This document shows, one piece after another, positions 57,684-64,000 of a stretch of DNA of 64,000 nt. The translations under genes were made by a program, and so were the position numbers. The stretch comes from Phyllosticta citribraziliensis. Lineage: Eukaryota. Each line of letters starts with the position of its first letter. The stretch's first letter is position 1. Where the stretch lies: assembly GCF_038025025.1 (NCBI RefSeq), contig NW_027117341.1, forward strand, positions 1,674,001 through 1,738,000, given 5' to 3'. A model generated the notes under the pieces. That model worked only from the letters and a program-made list of their open reading frames with translations, did no database searches and was not told where the DNA came from.

Positions 57684-60074
57684 GGTCAGACGGCTACGAG
57701 GGCGGCAAGTTGCTGATTGGCTTTGAGGACGGAGGGCCAAGGAACCTGCGAGGCGGTCATGAGGAACGCAGGCACGGATTTGAAGCAATGTCGAGGCCTG
57801 CGCCGCACCGGCTTGAGTGGCGGTGTGCCGATATGCAGGATCGGGCGTTGTTGACGCGAGGCGAGCGATCAAGATTGGTCGGAAGTTCGGTGGTCGACAC
57901 TACCCGGTCAAATAGGGCTTGAAAGTGTTCGGGGGGAGAGAAAAAGAATAGAAGAAGGGAAAAAAGGGGTGCAGCAATTTGTTGTCGCTCATGATCGAAG
58001 CCTTGTTGCACAGCATTGGGGTGATGCCGTATCAAAGTTGTCAAGTCGACGGCAGGCAAGGAAGCAGCGCTGGTGATGAAGAGTTCCCGTGACCTTTGTA
58101 ATCTTTTTTGAGTGGCAAGGAAGAGCAAACCCGGCTTCATTGACTGAGCCAGAGCTGTGCATGGTCTCCTGAAAAAATCATGTCGAAAAATGTGCAAAGC
58201 TCCTGAGAGTCGTCAAGGCCTTTGCGTTGTTCAACTGCAACATTAGCAGTTCACAGCAGCAGAAAATCGTCAGCCAAACAAACCTCAAGGTAGCACGTCA
58301 ATTTTGACAGTCAGCCTACGGCAAGGACACGTGAATCGTCGATTGGGTGGTTCGACGGTTGGAACTCAGTGCGGATGCATTAGCGGCGATTCTGCGGGTG
58401 GCGGCCGGGAGAGATCTGGGAGGAGATCAAAGGCCGTCCAAGAAGGAGCTTGTGATACTGAGGGGCTGGTCCAAGTAGGCAGGTTGGCAGATTGGTTGCG
58501 TGACAAACAAGCGATGGATGGGAGGACCGAGGTGGACGGCCGTCGGACATGTTGCACTTGCAGTGGCTATGATGGCGCGGGGGTGTTGAGCCGGAGGTGG
58601 GGTGTAGTGTGGGACCTGGAGCCGAGAATGCGCGCTTCCCGTGGAGAGAGAGGGAGAGAGAAAAACGAAAAGACGGGATGGAAAAAGAAATAGATGTCAT
58701 CAGATTTTCTGACAGCTGGACTGAAAATGAAAAGCTTGCAACGCGATGTGCATGCGAACATCAGGCGCTTCGAGCAAGATGTGGCAAGATGAAGGCATAG
58801 ACGCAGGAGAGAAGCACACATGTACAATCTGCATGGCGGGCAGCTTCTGGATGCGTGATAGATTGGAAAGCTCGAGACGAGGAGTCGAGGCCGGGAGCAG
58901 ACAGTCATAGGCGCCTTGTGGTGCCTGGACAGGCAGGGAAAAGAGGGCTTGGTCGTCCGACGCAGAGGAGGTGTAGGTGGTGATTGGCCTCGGAGACGGG
59001 TGTAGGACGAATATTCAATGTTGCCGCGCTCGCCGCATGTACGTGGCTGTATGTATGTATGGTACGTACATGAGTGTGCGGTGCAACCTGCCACGACAAC
59101 GTCAGCCTCTCGGAGTGTTTGCTCGGACGGAGCGTGGGAGTGTGGTGTTGGTGTTGGTGGTGGTGGTGGTGGGTAGTGAGGACTCGGGATTTGGCGACGA
59201 AGGGAGGAGGGGTTTGCGGGCGGCAGCGCTGACGAAATTAGGAGGAGATTTGACAATGAACCAGACAGAAGGTTCAGCGACGGGAGAGCAGCAAAACGGT
59301 CAGGTAGTTAGCGTGCGAGAATTGTGGTAGGGTACCGGAGCTGCAGGTCGAGCCAGACACGAGGCTCACGCGGGCGGCGGCGGCGGCGGCGGCCAGCGGA
59401 GCCCAGGGCAGGCTGTGAGTGGTGGGTGAGCGGAAGGACGAGGGGGCTCTGGGCAGCAGGTCGCAGGGGCCCAGGGGGCGGCCAGGGTGGGTTTCTGTCG
59501 TCAGCAGGACGTTGCGCCGCCACCTCGGTCCCGTCTCGTTCACGATGTCTGCCAGGCATGAAATCATCTGGTGGTTTGTTCCGTGCAGTAGCGCAAAGAG
59601 TGGAGAGGTGGAGCCCCCCTCCCCCGTACTGTACCGTAGTTTTTGCGGGATGGCAGTTTGCGGGCGGGATTGCGGGATGCATGAGAGACGACCAATGACG
59701 TATGCAGCCGCGCGCAACCAACGTGAAACCCATCGTCGTCGTCGGGTCGCCGTCAGCTAGGAACAGGTGTGAGTTGCGTGATTAATCGCGCGAAAGAGGG
59801 CATTTCCACCGCAACGAGTGCAGGGCCGCTGGCGTGGCGGAAGGATTCCTCTGGGTTGGGTTGGGTTGGGTGTGTTGGGTCAACGGGCTCGGGCTCTCGG
59901 GCGCTAGGGGGCGGACGATAGGGTACGGTAGGGTCGCGATGCGATGGGAGGCGGTGCGGTGCGGTGCGGTGCGATGGTGAGAGGAGAGACAAATGATTCG
60001 ATCCGTTCGATCCACTTCGACGTCTGTATCACTCACTGCCTCTGCCACCCGCGCCTGCCACAATTGCTCCCTTC

Positions 60075-60106
60075 CCAATTGGCCCGCCCCTCCCCCGCGT
60101 ATAAAT
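60075..60106 (+). promoter_or_regulatory. Core promoter of the mannitol-1-P dehydrogenase gene: CCAAT, GC-rich box and TATA
   Basis: CCAAT ~60075, CCCGCCCC ~60083, TATAAAT 60100-60106, followed by a CT-rich tract typical of highly expressed fungal genes. Confidence 0.6.
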
Positions 60107-60247
60107 CCATCGTGCCCCGCCGCACCCTCCGTCCCTCTCCCTCTCCATCCTCTTTCACACACCACCCTCCACTCCCTCGCGTCGACCGTCGACCGCTCCC
60201 TCACCACTCCACCTGCTCCTCTCAACTCCACCTCACACAGACCCAAG

Positions 60248-60321
60248 GTACGTTGGCGCACCTCGCTTCCCCCTCCCACCTCCACCACGCCGCCGCCGTT
60301 TGCTGACCGCGCGCCGTCTAG
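60248..60321 (+). other. Putative 5'-UTR intron of the mannitol-1-P dehydrogenase gene
   Basis: AAG|GTACGT ... GCTGAC ... CTAG, located between the TATA box and ATG 60368. Confidence 0.65.
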
Positions 60322-60367
60322 TCGCCCTCACTTTTTTCCAACCGTTACCAATTGCACCACTCTCAAC

Positions 60368-61598
60368 ATGCCTTTCGAGAAGAAGGCCGTTCACTTTGGC
60401 GGAGGCAACATTGGCCGTGGCTTTGTCGCCGAGTTGTAAGTCTGCCCTCTCGTCTCACCTCCACTACACCCGCTGACAATCGTCGCCCAGCCTTCACAAG
60501 TCAGGCTATGAGGTCATCTTCGTCGATGTCATGGACAAGATCATCGACAGCCTGAACGACACCCCCAGCTACACCGTCACCGAGATTGGCGAGGAGGGCG
60601 AGAAGACCTTCACCATCGACCACTACCGCGCCCTCAACTCCAAGTACAAGCTCGACGAGGTCATCAAGGAGATTTCCGAGGCCGATGTCGTCACCTGCGC
60701 CGTTGGCCCCAACATCCTCAAGTTCATTGCTGAGCCCGTCGCCAAGGGCATCGAGGCGAGGAAGCTGGACTACCCTCTGGCCGTCATTGCCTGCGAGAAC
60801 GCCATCAATGCCACCACCACCTGGCGCGGCTTCATCGAGGAGAGGCTTTCGGCCGACACCAAGGCCAAGCTCGCCACCAAGGCTCGCTTCTCCAACTCTG
60901 CCATTGACCGCATCGTCCCCCAGCAGGCCCCCGACGCCGGCTTGAACGTCAAGATTGAGCGCTTCTTCGAGTGGTGCGTCGAGATGCCTCCCTTCGACGG
61001 CATGCAGCACCCCAAGATTGACGGCGTCCACTTCGTCGACGACCTCGAGCCCTACATTGAGCGCAAGCTCTTCACCGTCAACACCTCGCACGCCACGGCC
61101 GCCTACACTGGCTACAACCGCGGCAAGGAGTACATCCACGAGACCATGCAAGACAAGGATATCAACGCCATCGTCCGCGCCACGGTCAAGGAGACGGCCG
61201 CCCTCATCATCAAGAAGCACGGCATCCCCGAGAAGGAGCAGTACGACTACGTCGACCAGATCATCAAGCGCATCTCCAACCCCGAGCTCAAGGACGACGT
61301 CAAGCGCGTCGGCCGCGCCCCTCTCCGCAAGCTTTCCCGCAAGGAGCGCTTCATCGGACCTGCGTCGCAGCTGGCCGAGTTGGGCCTGCCCGTCGACAAC
61401 CTGCTCAACGCCGTCGACATGGCCCTGCGCTTCCAGAACGTCGAAGGCGACGACGAGTCGGTCGAGCTGGCCAAGATCCTCGCCGACAACGACGCCAAGT
61501 CGGCCACGACGAAGCTGACTGGTCTGGACGACTCTCACCCCCTCTACTCGCACGTCTTGAAGAGGGTCGAGAAGGTCAAGGCCGAGTCCAAGCTCTAG
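60368..61598 (+). CDS. mpdA: Mannitol-1-phosphate 5-dehydrogenase
   Basis: [61 protein letters not shown]. Intron 60436-60490. Very strong codon bias. Confidence 0.97.
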
Positions 61599-62832
61599 AT
61601 TTTCCTTCGTTGACGACATGTGCATGACTGACGACCTGATGCATGCATGGACACGACTTTTTCTTCACTTGTTTCCATTAACACTCGAGGTCTTTTTGAT
61701 CTCCCTTTTTCCGGGGTCTTGATTCCCCTCTTCTACCTTTTTTCCTTTTTCTGGGCTCGAAAGGTCTACGGACTGAGCAAGCGACACGACGGGTTCGATG
61801 TCGCCGGTTAGCAATGGCGTAGCTTGAACTGGGGCAGTGGAAAGGTGCATCATGGCGATGGGGTTGCTTTGAACATGGGAGCGTGCAAATGATGCCACAT
61901 GGGCAGATGGCAATCACAAAAAAGATGATTGATACTCATGTTCCTGACGTGCCTCGTGAAGTGTGTCGTGTGCTCGCCTCGCCAAGGGAACGTAGCTTGA
62001 AGGCCGAGTCTGTCGATGCTTGGGTAGCGTCGGGAGCATGCTGCAAAGGTTATTTTTTAGCCGGAGGTGGCAGAAGTGATGGGCGGTAGCTTGTCTGTCA
62101 AGGTCGACGGTGACAGGGGGGCTGACATGAAGGATGCGAAACAGTGGTTTTTGTCAGTTGCACCAGGGCGCGAACACGTACTCATACAGCGCAGCAGACG
62201 CGTCCAGACCGAGACAGACTCCAAGGCGCGCGACACGATGGGGCGGCGATGGGATCCCAGTACTTGGTGTTGGTGTCAAGGCCCCAAGGCGCGCAGGGCG
62301 ACTGCAGCTGGCCCCGGGGCCCACTGGCCTTGACGTCACCCCCGCCAACCTCGCCTCTCCACTCCATCCACCTCTGGCCCTCGTCATCGCATCGACATTC
62401 CACAATTCCTGCACGCCGCCCGACGCGGAGTCTGCTCAAGACGATCCGACACAATGTCTCGTCCCAGCTGCCAGGAACATTTTCTGCCCGCCGGCCAATC
62501 GGAGGTGCGCCAGCGCGACCTCGAAAACGACCCCATGTCCATTGTCTAACAAGCTTCATGTCCGCAGGGATTGCTCTGCACGTCTCGACTCCCGCGCTGC
62601 CGTCGACGAAACATGTCTCTTCCCATCCTCCACAGCCTGTCCGCCTCGAGTCAGACCCAGTGTCCTAAATAGCACAATCCCTCCTCGCTGCCGCGTTTCG
62701 CTTTTGGCCCCGGTCTAAGCAATGGCCCGAATTGTCCACCTTCGCTGGCATAATTGCCAACCCTTCGCCCCTCCACCTCGCGATCTTGGACCCGTTGCTT
62801 CCCTCCTCCGACTTGGTTCGAGTTGAACCGCC

Positions 62833-64000
62833 ATGTTGCCACAAATCCTCCACATTTCCAAGCGCACCTTCTTCCGCGTCGCCGCCATCCTTCTCATCCT
62901 CGGGACTCTATGGCACCTCCGGCAGTTCTCGGATCGTCTCGATGTCCAAGCCATTCGTACTTCGGCCGCCAGCTACTTTCGCCATGAGGAACAAGCCTCG
63001 TGTCCCCCGATGCCAGGAATGTCGGACATGCTGGTTGTGCTGAAGACGGGAGCTACAGAGATTCCGACCAAAGTCCCAGTATCTCTACACACGGTCTTGC
63101 GCTGTGTTCCCAATTTGGCAATCTTTTCCGACTACGAGGAAACTATTGAGAATCGCCCGGTCCAAGACGTGCTTGCGAGGATACCTGACGACATCAAGGC
63201 TTCACATCCAGACTTTGAGCTTTACAATCGTCTTCAGGCCCGCGGCGGCCGCAGCTCAATCCCCAAGCATGAGATGGACGAGTGGTTTAATGCGCCAAAC
63301 ACCCAACAAGGCCAGCAGGGGAATCCGGCCTGGAGGCTCGAAAAGTGGAAATTCTTGCCCATAATCGACGCCGCACTCGACCGCATGCCCAACGCAACGT
63401 GGTACGTATTTGTCGAGGCAGACACCTACATTATGTTCCACAACCTGGCCGACTTCCTCAACCGCTACGACTCCCAGAACAACACGCCGCTGTACCTGGG
63501 CGAGCCGATGCAGATTGGAGGAGACGTTTTTGGCTATGGAGGCAGCGGCTACGCGCTCAACGCCGTCGCCATGCGCCAGGTCAGCAAGCATCGCGCCGAC
63601 AACGCAAAGGCGTACGACGATTACACGGCTGCACACTGGGCTGGAGACTGCGTCCTCGGCAAGGCGCTCCGCGACGCAGGCATCCCGCTCACATACGCGT
63701 GGCCCAACATCCAAGGAGGAAAGCCCTCTGAGCTCGACTGGGGCTCTCAAGCCGCCACAGCTGCGGCCGGAGGGACTCAAAAGCTATGGTGCTCGCGCGC
63801 AGTGTCGTATCACCACCTCTCGACCGAGGAGATGGCAGCCATGTACCGCATGCAGCGCATTACCGAGGATGCGAACAAGCCTCTCAAGCTGCACCGCGAC
63901 ATCTTCGACAACTTCGTTAGGCCGTTCCTGGTTCCCGAGGTCGACGCGTGGGAAAACCAATCCGAGGACAACGTGACCAGAGAAAACACGACAGACGCTC
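62833..64000 (+). CDS. Glycosyltransferase family 31 (Fringe-like), type II membrane; runs off the window end
   Basis: Open frame from ATG 62833 (absent from the ORF track because there is no stop in the window): TM anchor, VVLKTGATE, IFSDYEE, GWRLEKWKF, WYVFVEADTY, PLYLG, FGYGGSGY, WAGDCVLGKAL, AVSYHH. Confidence 0.9.
   Translation, partial: MLPQILHISKRTFFRVAAILLILGTLWHLRQFSDRLDVQAIRTSAASYFRHEEQASCPPMPGMSDMLVVLKTGATEIPTKVPVSLHTVLRCVPNLAIFSDYEETIENRPVQDVLARIPDDIKASHPDFELYNRLQARGGRSSIPKHEMDEWFNAPNTQQGQQGNPAWRLEKWKFLPIIDAALDRMPNATWYVFVEADTYIMFHNLADFLNRYDSQNNTPLYLGEPMQIGGDVFGYGGSGYALNAVAMRQVSKHRADNAKAYDDYTAAHWAGDCVLGKALRDAGIPLTYAWPNIQGGKPSELDWGSQAATAAAGGTQKLWCSRAVSYHHLSTEEMAAMYRMQRITEDANKPLKLHRDIFDNFVRPFLVPEVDAWENQSEDNVTRENTTDA

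Noticed and set aside
60501..61625. 374-aa minus-strand ORF (also 41346-42167, 47717-48373, 29693-30349)
   Set aside because: Antisense frames kept open by the strong codon bias of the real genes.
61780..61830. GGTTCGA resembling a tRNA T-loop
   Set aside because: No acceptor, D or anticodon stems could be built.

Overview
Gene-dense nuclear DNA from a filamentous ascomycete (Pezizomycotina-type GT-AG introns with CTRAC/CTAAC branch points). I find no rRNA, tRNA, CRISPR or intact transposon. About 18 protein genes can be modelled by hand. Housekeeping genes: Rad4/XPC-family, mitochondrial Lon (PIM1), HPPK-DHPS (FOL1), nitronate monooxygenase, mannitol-1-phosphate dehydrogenase and an EXPERA/TMEM97 protein. 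Regulatory/metabolic genes: a Zn2Cys6 transcription factor and a P450. Surface and glycan genes: GH16, GH89, GT31, DUF3431, a two-hevein GPI protein, an Asp f 4-like secreted protein, a Cys-rich type I membrane protein and a 1.1k-aa Pro/Gly/Gln repeat protein. There is also a HeLo-like/NACHT/ankyrin NLR. The most intriguing item is a ~1,810-aa protein (1397-6948) that appears to fuse a GH15-like glycosidase fold, apparently lacking a catalytic residue, to a CorA-like channel with a non-canonical SMN motif. Other leads are a hairpin-rich candidate ncRNA in a gene-free convergent gap (~34.5-34.8 kb), a DUF6540-like gene broken by one TAG, and a tiny minisatellite with RIP-like mutations. All domain calls are by eye from motifs; no database searches were run.
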